Made by a program: the position numbers and the translations under genes. 64,000 nucleotides of DNA, from contig CAWEMP010000014.1 of NCBI GenBank assembly GCA_963810205.1, forward strand, positions 49,588 to 113,587. Direction: 5' to 3'. The notes below the pieces were generated by a model. The model saw only the letters and a list, made by a program, of their open reading frames with translations, searched no databases and was not told the origin of the DNA. Position 1 is the stretch's first letter, and each line of letters starts with the position of its first letter. The stretch is from an uncultured Acidobacteriota bacterium. Lineage in GTDB: Bacteria; Acidobacteriota; Thermoanaerobaculia; UBA5066; Gp7-AA6. Shown piece after piece: positions 1-9,318 of this stretch.

Positions 1-96
1 ATCCCGGACTCGACTGCCCGGCCGCTGCGAATTCGTGGTCACAGCCTTGGGCGGGACCGTCCATTTCGCCGCGGCCGGCGGTATCCTTCCGCCACG

Positions 97-1230
97 ATGA
101 GCTTCCCGCACGTCGGTGAAGAAGAGCTCGACGGCGAAGGCCTGGAGCTGCCGACGCGCTTCACCGGCGGACTGCCGGGCGGGAAGCCCGGAATCGACCT
201 CGCCGAGCTCGAGAGCATGCCGGCGCCGGCCGAGCGGGTGCCGATCACGTGCATCGACTACGGGCCGGACCGCGTCGAGACGCGCCACGTCACGGACTTC
301 GAGGAGTTCATCCACAGCCGCCGCGCGCCCTGGGTGCGGGTGCGCTGGATCAACGTCGACGGGCTGACGGATCCCCGCGCGATCCGCGCGCTCGCCATCA
401 AGTACGGGCTTCACCCCCTGGCGATCGAAGACGTGATGCAACTCGGGCAGCGGCCCAAGCTCGAGCCCTACGCGTCGGAGGGCGGACGGCCGCCCCACCT
501 CTTCCTGATCGTGCGCATGCTGCAGCACACGAAGGCGGGGCTCGAGAGCGAGCAGATCAGCATGTTCGTCGGCCGCGAGATCGTCATCACGATCCAGGAG
601 TCGCCCGGCGACGTCTGGGACCCCATCCGGGCCCGCATCGAGAAGCCGGGCTCGCGCCTGCGCGAGCTCGACGCGAGCTACCTCGCCTACACGCTGATCG
701 ACGCGATCGTCGACCATTGCTTCCCGGTGCTCGAGCACTACGGCGACCGGCTCGAGGAGCTCGAGGACCTGGTGCTCGACAAACCCACCCGCAGCACCAT
801 CCACGAGGTCCACGCCGTCAAGCGCGAGCTGCTCCTGCTCCGGCGCGCGATCTGGCCGATGCGCGAGGTCGTCAACGGCATGCAGCGCGAGCCCCACGAG
901 TGCATGAGCGAGATCACGCGGACGTACCTGCGCGACGTCTACGACCACCTCATCCAGATCATGGACATCATCGAGACCTACCGCGAGGTCGGAACGAGCC
1001 TGACCGAGACCTACATGACCTCGATGTCCAACCGCATGTCCGAGGTCATGAAGGTGCTGACGATCATCGGCACGATCTTCATTCCGCTGACGTTTCTCGC
1101 CGGGGTGTACGGCATGAACATGCACATCCCCGAGAACCAGTGGATGGGGACGTACCCGATTTTCTGGGGAGTCTGCATCGTGCTGGCCGGCGGCATGCTC
1201 ATGTGGTTCCGCAAGCGAGGGTGGCTGTAG
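97..1230 (+). CDS. corA: Magnesium/cobalt transporter CorA
   Basis: 377 aa; WINVDG, GLHPLAIED, QRPK, YLRDVYDH and the YGMN signature between two C-terminal TM helices. Confidence 0.95.
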   Translation: MSFPHVGEEELDGEGLELPTRFTGGLPGGKPGIDLAELESMPAPAERVPITCIDYGPDRVETRHVTDFEEFIHSRRAPWVRVRWINVDGLTDPRAIRALAIKYGLHPLAIEDVMQLGQRPKLEPYASEGGRPPHLFLIVRMLQHTKAGLESEQISMFVGREIVITIQESPGDVWDPIRARIEKPGSRLRELDASYLAYTLIDAIVDHCFPVLEHYGDRLEELEDLVLDKPTRSTIHEVHAVKRELLLLRRAIWPMREVVNGMQREPHECMSEITRTYLRDVYDHLIQIMDIIETYREVGTSLTETYMTSMSNRMSEVMKVLTIIGTIFIPLTFLAGVYGMNMHIPENQWMGTYPIFWGVCIVLAGGMLMWFRKRGWL

Positions 1231-3256
1231 GTGCGCCTCGTTCGCGCGCTGATCCTGATCCTGGCGGCGATCGAGTCGAGCGCCGCCCTCGCCGCCGACG
1301 CTCCCGACAAGTGGACGCCCCTCGAGACGCTGAAGTACAGGCTCGTCTCCGACGTGCGGGTTTCTCCCGACGGCCGCCGCGCCGCCTGCGTGGTGCGCGA
1401 GTCGGTGATGGAGCCGGACAAGAGCGAGTACCGGACCCAGCTCTGGCTCGCGACGACCGACGGCAAGGAGTCCTGGCAAGCCACCTTCGGCGAAACGTCC
1501 GCGGCGCGCCCGCGCTGGTCGCCCGACGGCACCTCGATCGCCTTTCTCTCCAAGCGCGGCGGGAAAACGGCGAACGTCTGGCTCCTGCCGGCCGCGGGCG
1601 GCGAGGCCGTGCGTCTGACCGACGCGCCGGCCGACGTGACGCAGGCCGTCTGGTCGCCCGACGGAAAGTGGATCGCGTACGTCGCCGCGGACGGGCCCGA
1701 CCCGGACCGCGAGCGCCGCGAAAAGGAAAAGGACGACGCTCGCGTGGTCGGCGAGGACGATCGGCCCGGCCGGCTGTGGGTCATCCCGGCGGCGGCCGAC
1801 GCCACGGGCAAGCGCAAGGGCCGCAAGCTCCTCTCGACGAGCTTCTCGGTGGGCGGCGTGCAGGAGGCGGGACCGGACGCGATCGACTGGTCGCCGGACG
1901 GATCCACGATCGCCATCTCGCACACGGCCCGGCCGGTGGCCGACGACTGGCCGACCGCCAGCATCTCCCTCGTCGACGTCGCGACCGGCGCGCTCCGGCC
2001 GTTGGCGGCGACCGGCGCGGCCGAGACCTCCCCGCGCTTCTCGCCCGACGGCCGCACGCTCGCCTATGTCGCGACGGAGGATCCGCCCCGGTGGCCGCAC
2101 CGGGAGAACATCCGGATCGCCCCGCTCGACGGCGGCGCCGCGCGGACGCTCCCGCCCTCCCCCGACGAGTCGCCGGACATCGCCGGCTGGTCCGCCGACG
2201 GCCGCACGATCTACTTCACGGAGCCGAAAGGCGTCTCCGAGATCGTCTATGCCCAGGACGTCGCGACCGGCGCCCTGCGCGCGCTGACGCCCGGGGACGC
2301 GGTCTCGAACGCCGCGAGCGTCAACCCCCGCGGGACGTGGATCGGCTTCGTCCGCCAGACGCGCGACGGATCCGAGCGAGGCGTGGGCGAGCGCGCTCGC
2401 TCCCTTCGCGCCGGCCCGCATCTCGAGCGTCAACGCCGGCATGCCGAAGCATCCGTTCGGGCAGACGCGGACGATCACGTGGACGGGAGACGGAGGCCGG
2501 ACGATCGAAGGCCTCCTGACGCTGCCCGTCGGGTACGTTCCGGGAAAGCGCTATCCCCTGCTGCTCGTGATCCACGGCGGGCCGGCCGGCGTCTTCCAGC
2601 TCGCCTACACCGCGGCGCCGAGCCCGTACTCGGCCGCCGTCTTCGCCGCGGAAGGCTACGCGGTCCTCCGCGCGAACCCGCGCGGCTCGTCCGGCTACGG
2701 GACCGTGTTTCGACGCGCCAACGAGAAGGACTGGGGCGGAGGCGACTACCGCGACCTCATGGCGGGAGTCGACGCCCTCGTCGCCATGGGAATCGCGGAC
2801 CCCGACCGCCTCGGCGTCATGGGCTGGAGCTACGGCGGGTTCATGACCTCGTGGATCGTGACGCAGACCGACCGCTTCAAGGCGGCCTCGATCGGCGCCC
2901 CCGTCACCGATCTCGTGTCGTTCACCGGCACGGCGGACATTCCCTCCTTCATCCCCGACTATTTCGGCGGCGAGCTCTGGGACCCGAAGATCGCGGAGAC
3001 GTACTGGGCCCACTCGCCGATGGCCTACGTCGGCCGGGTGAAGACGCCCTCGCTCATCCAGCAGGGCGAGTCCGACGTGCGCGTGCCCATCTCGCAGGGC
3101 TACGAGTTCTACAACGCGTTGAAACGGCGGGGCATCCCGGTCCGGATGGTCACCTACCCCCGGCAGCCCCACGGCGTGCGCGAGCCCCGGCTGGTGCGCG
3201 ACCTGGCCGAGCGCAACCTCGCCTGGATGGCGCAATGGCTCGGGGTCAGGCCTTGA
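1231..3256 (+). CDS. S9 family (prolyl oligopeptidase / acylaminoacyl peptidase-like) serine peptidase; one apparent frameshift near 2370
   Basis: Signal peptide and WSPDG propeller repeats in frame 1231. The catalytic domain (IHGGP, NPRGSSGYG, GWSYGG nucleophile, D-x-RVP, HG) is in the frame of ORF 2441..3256, which reads PSEAWASALAPFAPARISSVNAG upstream of 2441. Confidence 0.88.
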
Positions 3257-3306
3257 ACCTGTACTGTCCGGAGGTCGCCAGAGTACAGAATCAAGGCCTG
3301 ACCCCG
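3241..3306. repeat. GGGGTCAGG...CCTGACCCC palindromic element (REP/MITE-like), copy 1
   Basis: Perfect 16-bp inverted repeat CGGGGTCAGGCCTTGA (3241-3256) / TCAAGGCCTGACCCCG (3291-3306) with an inner CTGTACT/AGTACAG stem. The left arm contains the peptidase stop codon. Confidence 0.8.
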
Positions 3307-3367
3307 TGACATAATCCGCGGTTCTCCGGGGCCGGGCCCGGCATCAACAACAAAACGAAGGACCTTC

Positions 3368-4407
3368 ATGAAACGCATAGGCATTCTCTTCGGCCAGGAA
3401 CGCTCTTTTCCCCTCGCTCTCGTCGAGCGCATCAACCGCGAGGGTCGGGACGTGGTCGCCGAGCCGGTGGTCGTCGGAGGCATCAGCCTCGACAGCCCGC
3501 GGCGGTACGACCTGATCCTCGACCGGATCAGCCAGGACATCCCCTTCTACCGGGCGATCCTCAAGAAGGCCGTCGCCGACGGGACGATCGTCGTCAACAA
3601 CCCCTTCTGGTGGTCGGCCGACGACAAGTTCTTCAACAACGTCCTGGCGCGCCGCGTCGGCGTCGCCGTCCCGAAGACGGTGATCCTGCCCTCGAACCAG
3701 CATCCGCCCGACACGACCTCGGAGTCGATGTCGAACCTCGTCTTCCCGCTCGAGTGGGACGAGATGTTCCAGTACATCGGCTTCCCGGCCTACTTCAAGC
3801 CGTACTCCGGCGGCGGATGGAAGAGCGTCTACCGCGTGACCAATCCCGCACGAGTTCTTCGCGGCCTACCAGGAGACCGGGCAGACCGTCATGACGCTCC
3901 AGGAGGAAATCGTCTTCGACCAGTACTTCCGGTGCTACGCGATCGGCCGCAAGTACGTCCACATCATGCGGTACGACCCGCTGCGGCCGCACCACGAGCG
4001 CTACGTCAAGGACGGCTCGCCGATCGATCCGGCGATGCACGAGCGCGTCCACGGCGACAGCCTGAAGCTCATGAACGCGCTCGGCTACGACTTCTGCACG
4101 CTCGAGTTCGCGGTGCGGGATGGCATCCCGTATGCCATCGACTTCCTGAATCCCGCGCCCGACGCGGCCGTCGAGTCGGTCGGCCCGGAGAATTTCACGT
4201 GGGTCGTCGAGCACGCGACGAAATGGCTCATCGACAGGGTCGCAGCAGCCCGCCGAGCCGGCGACCGACTATCGCTGGCAGAGGTACCTCGCGGGAGAGA
4301 ACGCCGTCGCGCCGGCGAAGAAGTCCAACGGCCGGCCGAGAAAGCCCGCCGCCCCGCGCGAGCCCGCCTCCGGGTCTGCCCCGCGCGGTCCCCGCCGCGA
4401 GGCCTGA
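3368..4407 (+). CDS. ATP-grasp peptide ligase (RimK / glutathione synthetase-like); apparent frameshifts near 3849 and 4240
   Basis: N-terminal part (DRIS, NNPFWWSADDKFF, FKPYSGGGWKSVY) in frame 3368. It continues as LQEEI..YFRCY..LEFAVRDGIPYAIDFLNPAPD in frame 3891, and a third-frame tail (ATDYRWQRYL...REA) ends at TGA 4405-4407. Confidence 0.82.
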
Positions 4408-4417
4408 CCGCGTCCCG

Positions 4418-5563
4418 ATGGAAGTCCCGGCCTTCACCCTCGGCGTCGAGGAAGAGTTCCAGATCCTGGATCCCGAGACGCGGGAGCTGCGCTCCCACGT
4501 CCAGGAGATCCTCGACGAGGGCAAGCTCGTCCTCAAGGAGAGGGTGAAGCCCGAGATGCACCAGTCGGTCGTCGAGATCGGCACGGGCATCTGCAAGAAC
4601 ATCGCCGAGGTCCGGCAGGACGTCGGCGAGATGCGAACGGAGATCATCCGCCTCGCCAAGAAGAACGGCATGCGGGTGGCTTCGGCCGGAACGCACCCCT
4701 TCTCCAACTGGGCCGACCAGAAGATCTTTCCCGACCCCCGCTATGACCAGGTCGTCGAGGAGATGCAGCAGCTCGCGCGGGCGAACCTCATCTTCGGCCT
4801 CCACGTCCACGTCGGCATCAAGGACCGCTCGCTCGCGTTCCAGATCATGAACGAGGCGTTGTACTTCCTGCCGCACCTGCTGGCCCTGTCGACCAACTCC
4901 CCGTTCTGGCTCGGCCGCAACACGGGGCTGAAGAGCTTCCGCACGAAGGTCTTCGACCGCTTCCCGCGCACCAGCATGCCCGAGTACTTCGAGACGCCGG
5001 CCGAGTTCGACGAGTTCGTCCGGATCCTGGTGAAGACCAATTCGATCGACAATGGCAAGAAGATCTGGTGGGACGTCCGCCCGCACCCGTTCTTCGAGAC
5101 GATCGAGTTCCGCGTCTGCGACGTGCCCATGCGGCTCGATGAGACCGTCACGCTCGCGGCGCTCTTTCAGGCTATTTGCGTCAAGCTGTACAAGCTGCGC
5201 CTGCAGAACCTGGGCTTCCGGCGCTACCGGCGGGCCCTCATCCTCGAGAACAAGTGGCGCGCCAGCCGCTACGGCATCGCCGGAAAGCTGATCGACTTCG
5301 GCAAGGAAGTCGAGGTCCCCTTCCCCGACCTCATCGCCGAAATGCTGGAGTTCCTGGACGACGTCGTCGACGAACTCGGCTCTCGCCGAGAGGTCTTCGA
5401 CGGAGTAAACTGGATTCTCAAGAATGGATCGGGAGCCGACCGGCAGCTCAGGGTGTACGAGGCCACCGGCGGCGACCTCAAGAAAGTCGTCGATTACATC
5501 TGCGAAGAGACGAACTACGGCCTACCCGTCGAGGCCCCGGCCGAGCGGGCGGCGACCCGCTAG
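4418..5563 (+). CDS. ybdK: Carboxylate-amine ligase (YbdK / glutamate--cysteine ligase 2 family)
   Basis: ATG 4418; FTLGVEEEFQ, AGTHPF, GLHVHVG, STNSPFW, WWDVRP, TIEFRVCD, ENKWRASRYG. Confidence 0.9.
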   Translation: MEVPAFTLGVEEEFQILDPETRELRSHVQEILDEGKLVLKERVKPEMHQSVVEIGTGICKNIAEVRQDVGEMRTEIIRLAKKNGMRVASAGTHPFSNWADQKIFPDPRYDQVVEEMQQLARANLIFGLHVHVGIKDRSLAFQIMNEALYFLPHLLALSTNSPFWLGRNTGLKSFRTKVFDRFPRTSMPEYFETPAEFDEFVRILVKTNSIDNGKKIWWDVRPHPFFETIEFRVCDVPMRLDETVTLAALFQAICVKLYKLRLQNLGFRRYRRALILENKWRASRYGIAGKLIDFGKEVEVPFPDLIAEMLEFLDDVVDELGSRREVFDGVNWILKNGSGADRQLRVYEATGGDLKKVVDYICEETNYGLPVEAPAERAATR

Positions 5564-5601
5564 CCCCCGGCCGCTCTTCGCTCCAGGAGAACGAGTTCAC
5601 G

Positions 5602-6624
5602 ATGTCGCATGAGACGGGAACCCTGACCGCCTACGCCGAGGATCTCATCCCCGGAGCCCGCAACGCCATCCGGACGTGCCTGCGCGTGCTGCCCACCGAG
5701 CGGGTCGCGATCGTCACCGACCGGGAGACCGAAGACATCGCCGCGAGCCTGGCCGACCAGGTGCGCGAGGTCGGCGCGCCGAGCGAGACCCACATCATGG
5801 AGGACTACGGGCCGAGGCCCATGCTCGAGCTCCCGGCGGCGATTCGGGCGGCCCTCGAGCGTGCCGACGTTTCGATCTACGCCGGCCAGCCCAAGCAGGG
5901 CGAGCTCGCCTTCCGCCGCGCGCTGACCGAGATCATCGACCGCCGCCAGATCCGCCACGCCCACATGGTGTCGATCTCCCACCGGATCATGACCGAGGCG
6001 ATGCGGGCCAACTTCGACGAGGTCGACGCGATCTCCTGCCGCGTCCTCGAGCGCGCGAAGAAGGCGACGAAGATCGTGGCCACTTCGCCGGCGGGCTCGC
6101 GCATCGAAGCGACCTTCGACCCGTCCATCAAGTGGCTGAAGACCTCGGGCATCATCTCGACCGCCAAGTGGGGCAACCTCCCGGGCGGCGAGGTCCTGAC
6201 CTCTCCGGCGCGCGTCGACGGCATCTACGTCGCGGACGGGGTCGTCGGCGACTGGCTCTGCGCCCGCTACGGCGATCTCCAGAACAACCCGCTCGCGGTC
6301 ACGATCGAGAACAGCCGGATCGTGGACGTCGAATGCGACAACGCCGCCCTCGTCGCCGACTTCCGGGCCTACACCGCGACCGACGAGAACTCCGACCGCG
6401 TCGGCGAGTTCGCCATCGGGACCAACATCGCGGTCTTCGACATCATCGGCAACATCCTGCAGGACGAGAAGCTGCCGACCCTGCACATCGCCTTCGGCCA
6501 TCCCTACGCCGAGCACACCGGCGCGAAGTGGAGGAGCACGACGCACATCGACATCGTCGGCCGCCGCTTCGACATCTGGTTCGACGGCGACCCGGTGATG
6601 AAGGCGGGGCAGTTTCTGATCTGA
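5602..6624 (+). CDS. M29 family (aminopeptidase T-like) metallopeptidase
   Basis: ATG 5602 after AGGAG; NLPGGEV, GEFAIGTN, LQDEK, HIAFG, HIDIV. Confidence 0.88.
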   Translation: MSHETGTLTAYAEDLIPGARNAIRTCLRVLPTERVAIVTDRETEDIAASLADQVREVGAPSETHIMEDYGPRPMLELPAAIRAALERADVSIYAGQPKQGELAFRRALTEIIDRRQIRHAHMVSISHRIMTEAMRANFDEVDAISCRVLERAKKATKIVATSPAGSRIEATFDPSIKWLKTSGIISTAKWGNLPGGEVLTSPARVDGIYVADGVVGDWLCARYGDLQNNPLAVTIENSRIVDVECDNAALVADFRAYTATDENSDRVGEFAIGTNIAVFDIIGNILQDEKLPTLHIAFGHPYAEHTGAKWRSTTHIDIVGRRFDIWFDGDPVMKAGQFLI

Positions 6625-6656
6625 CCGCGTAGCCGCCGCTCCGCGGCGGCGTAGCG

Positions 6657-6757
6657 GTCATCCCGAGGCCGAAGGCCGAGGGATCCCGGACTCGAGGCTC
6701 AAGGGCCCGAGGGATCCCGGACTCGAAGCTCAAGGGCCCGAGGGATCCCGGACTCGA
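6657..6757. repeat. GTCATCCCGAG...GAGGGATCC REP-like palindrome followed by a 31-bp tandem repeat
   Basis: GTCATCCCGAGGCCGAAGGCCGAGGGATCC at 6657. The core CCGAGGGATCCCGGACTCGA recurs at 6676, 6707 and 6738, its tail recurs at window positions 1-14, and a related copy lies at 52181. Confidence 0.8.
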
Positions 6758-6804
6758 CCCGCGACGGCGCTATCCGGCAGGACAATTTCTGTAGACTCCC
6801 GCCG

Positions 6805-7995
6805 ATGATCCCAGAGCTGCGCCGCGCGTACAACGCCGCCTTCACCGACGAGCGCTACCGGGGGTACGTGCGACGCCTCGAGGCGCGCGGAGGGATGGAG
6901 ATCCCGTTTCGTCTCGCCGAGACGCCAGTCTTCGTTCCGCCGGAGCTGCGCAACGAGATGGTCGAGGCGTCGCTCGAGATCTTCCGGCAGCTTTCGACCC
7001 CGGCGCAGCTGTATCGATCGCTCTCGGCCGTGCCGCGCGAGCTCGACGTGCCCGGATGCGACGAGCTTCCCGTCTTCGCCGTCACCGACTTCGCGGTCAC
7101 GCGCGACGCCGGCGGAAGGCTCGCACCGAAGCTGATCGAACTCCAGGCCTTCCCGACGCTCTACGCCTTCCAGGTCGCGCAGTGCGAGGAGCTCGCGCGC
7201 ATGTGCCCCGGCGGCGAGAAGCTCGACTGGTATCTCTCGGGCCTCGACACGCCGGCCTACAAGCGCGTCGTCGGCGAAGCGATCCTTTCGGGACTGGCTC
7301 CCGAGGAGGTCATCCTGCTCGACCTCGATCCGCCTCACCAGAAGACCGCCATCGACTTCGCATTCACGGAGCAGTTCTGGGGTGTCAAGGCGCTCGACCC
7401 GTCGCAGATCGAGAAGCGCGGCCGGGAGCTCTGGTACCGGCAGGACGGCAAGCCGACACGCATCCGCCGAATCTACAACCGCCTCATCTTCGACGAGCTC
7501 GAAGCCAAGGGCGCGAAGCTCCCCTTCGACCTCACCTCCCGGCTCGACGTCTCGTGGGCGGGGCATCCCAACTGGTACTTCCGCTGGAGCAAGCACTGCC
7601 TGCCGCAGCTTCATCACCCGGCCGTGCCCGAGTCCTTCGTCCTGTCGGATCTGCCGGCCGTGCCGGAGGATCTCGAGAACTGGGTCCTGAAGCCCCTCTT
7701 CTCCTTCGCCGGCTCCGGCGTCCAGGTCGATGTCACGGCGGCGGACATCGCGGCCGTCCCCGCCGACCAGCGCCCGCACACGCTCCTCATGCGCAAGATC
7801 GAATACGCGCCCGCGATCGCGACGACGGACGGGAACTTCTCGAAGGTCGAAGTGCGCGTGATGTTCGTCTGGCGGGAAGGCGCGCCCTTTCCCGTCACGA
7901 CCCTCGCAAGACTGTCGCAGGGCAAGATGATGGGCGTCAACTACAACAAGGACAAGACCTGGGTGGGATCGTCCGCCAACCTCTGGCCCGTGTAG
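6805..7995 (+). CDS. Circularly permuted ATP-grasp (glutathionylspermidine synthase-like) protein
   Basis: 396 aa; DFAV..PKLIELQAFP near the N-terminus, RIYNRLIFDEL, WSKHCLP, WVLKPLFSFAGSGV. The metal-binding D and E precede the nucleotide-binding K and Gly loop, which is the permuted order. Confidence 0.65.
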   Translation: MIPELRRAYNAAFTDERYRGYVRRLEARGGMEIPFRLAETPVFVPPELRNEMVEASLEIFRQLSTPAQLYRSLSAVPRELDVPGCDELPVFAVTDFAVTRDAGGRLAPKLIELQAFPTLYAFQVAQCEELARMCPGGEKLDWYLSGLDTPAYKRVVGEAILSGLAPEEVILLDLDPPHQKTAIDFAFTEQFWGVKALDPSQIEKRGRELWYRQDGKPTRIRRIYNRLIFDELEAKGAKLPFDLTSRLDVSWAGHPNWYFRWSKHCLPQLHHPAVPESFVLSDLPAVPEDLENWVLKPLFSFAGSGVQVDVTAADIAAVPADQRPHTLLMRKIEYAPAIATTDGNFSKVEVRVMFVWREGAPFPVTTLARLSQGKMMGVNYNKDKTWVGSSANLWPV

Positions 7996-8001
7996 CGCGA
8001 G

Positions 8002-8716
8002 CTACGGCACGTAGCTGCGGATCTGCGTCTTCCACCACGGCCAGTCGTGGCCGTACGGGGCCTTCCAGACACTGCCGCGGTTGCGGATGCCTTTCGCGTC
8101 GAGGATCCCGAGCATGTTCGTCGTGCCGGACAGGATGTTGTCCGTCTCGCCCGTGACGATCGCGATGTCCATCGAAGAGAGCCGGTTCACCCAGTCGCCG
8201 TCCATGTTGGGGACGTTGGCCGTCGGGCAGTGGAAGTAGCAGAGCTCGTCCCAGTAGCCGTCGAGGAAGTTGTGGATGTCGTACTTGCCGGAGAACGCGA
8301 TGACCTTGTCCACGAGGTCCGGATGGCGAAAGCCGAAGTTGGCCGCGTGATACGCGCCAAACGAGCAGCCGAGCGTCCCGACCCGTCCATCGCCCCGCGC
8401 CTTGCTGCGGACGAACGGCACGATCTCGTTGGCGATGTACGCGTCGTACTGGTCGTGCCTCCGGATGCGCTCGGCCGGATGCTTCGTCTTCGCGTAGAAG
8501 CTCTCCGCATCGACACTGTCCACGCAGGCGATCTGGAGCTTGCCGCCCTCGACGAGATCTCCGACCGCGCGCCACCAGGCCGAAGTCCTCGTTTTGGTAA
8601 AAGCGCCCGACGGACGTCGGGAACCAGATCATGGGCCGGCCCGCGTGGCCGAACCACAGGAGCTCCATCCGGCGGCCCAGCGTGGGCGAGTCCCAGGCGA
8701 TGTATTCGCGGTCCAT
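8002..8716 (-). CDS. Esterase family alpha/beta hydrolase; apparent frameshift near 8570
   Basis: GGAGG then ATG 8716, MDREYIAWDSPTLGRRMELLWFGHAG..FPTS. It joins ORF 8002..8523, which has GCSFGAYHA (nucleophile elbow) and GHDWPWW. Confidence 0.85.
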
Positions 8717-8808
8717 CAGAATCCGCCTCCCTGTCGTCGAGTTTCGAAAAGCGGCGGGATTCTCCCACACTCGGCGCCGCAGCCCGGCGGTGCGATAATC
8801 CCCGCTCA

Positions 8809-8883
8809 CGGGGCGTAGCGCAGCGGTAGCGTATCTGCTTTGGGAGCAGATGGTCGCCGGTTCGATCCCGGCCGCCCCGACCA
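8809..8883 (+). tRNA. tRNA-Pro (anticodon TGG)
   Basis: Cloverleaf: acceptor CGGGGCG/CGCCCCG, anticodon arm TCTGC-TTTGGGA-GCAGA, T arm GCCGG-TTCGATC-CCGGC, encoded CCA. GATAAT lies upstream. Confidence 0.97.
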
Positions 8884-9318
8884 CAGAATCAATCACTTAG
8901 CCAGGACGCGAATCTCGGCTCCCTCCGCTCGCGCACTCCTCGTGCACTCAGTTCCCGGCATGGCCACCTTTCGAAGCGTCTCTCGGATGCGTTCCTGGTC
9001 CGCCTTTGCCGCAAGCTCCTCTCGCTTCCGAAGCGCGCCTGCAATGTCCTTCGCCGTGACCTTCCCGGTGGCGTGGAGCCACCGAAGAGCCGCGTGGGCC
9101 TCCTTCGCTGTGAGGCTCGGGAACCGCTACTTCGTTTCGCCACTTGGCGAGGCCAGAAATCAGCCGCTCGCTTGTCTCGCGCAGCCCTAGTGTGACGGGC
9201 GTCATAGGCGTCCCGTCCTGGCCGGGCCAAGATGGTGCCCATGAGCGGCCCGGTGACGAGGGTCAGGACTGACCCCAAATCGCCCCGTTTCCAGTAGCCA
9301 GTTCAAGCGGAGGAAGAT

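Noticed and set aside
6676-6757. 31-bp periodic repeat as a CRISPR array
   Set aside because: The intervening 11 nt are nearly identical and too short to be spacers, and no cas genes are present.
8940-9130. Minus-strand helical reading SLTAKEAHAALRWLHATGKVTAKDIAGALRKREELAAK next to tRNA-Pro
   Set aside because: It looks protein-like but has no clear start or family, and it is not an integrase fragment I can recognise.
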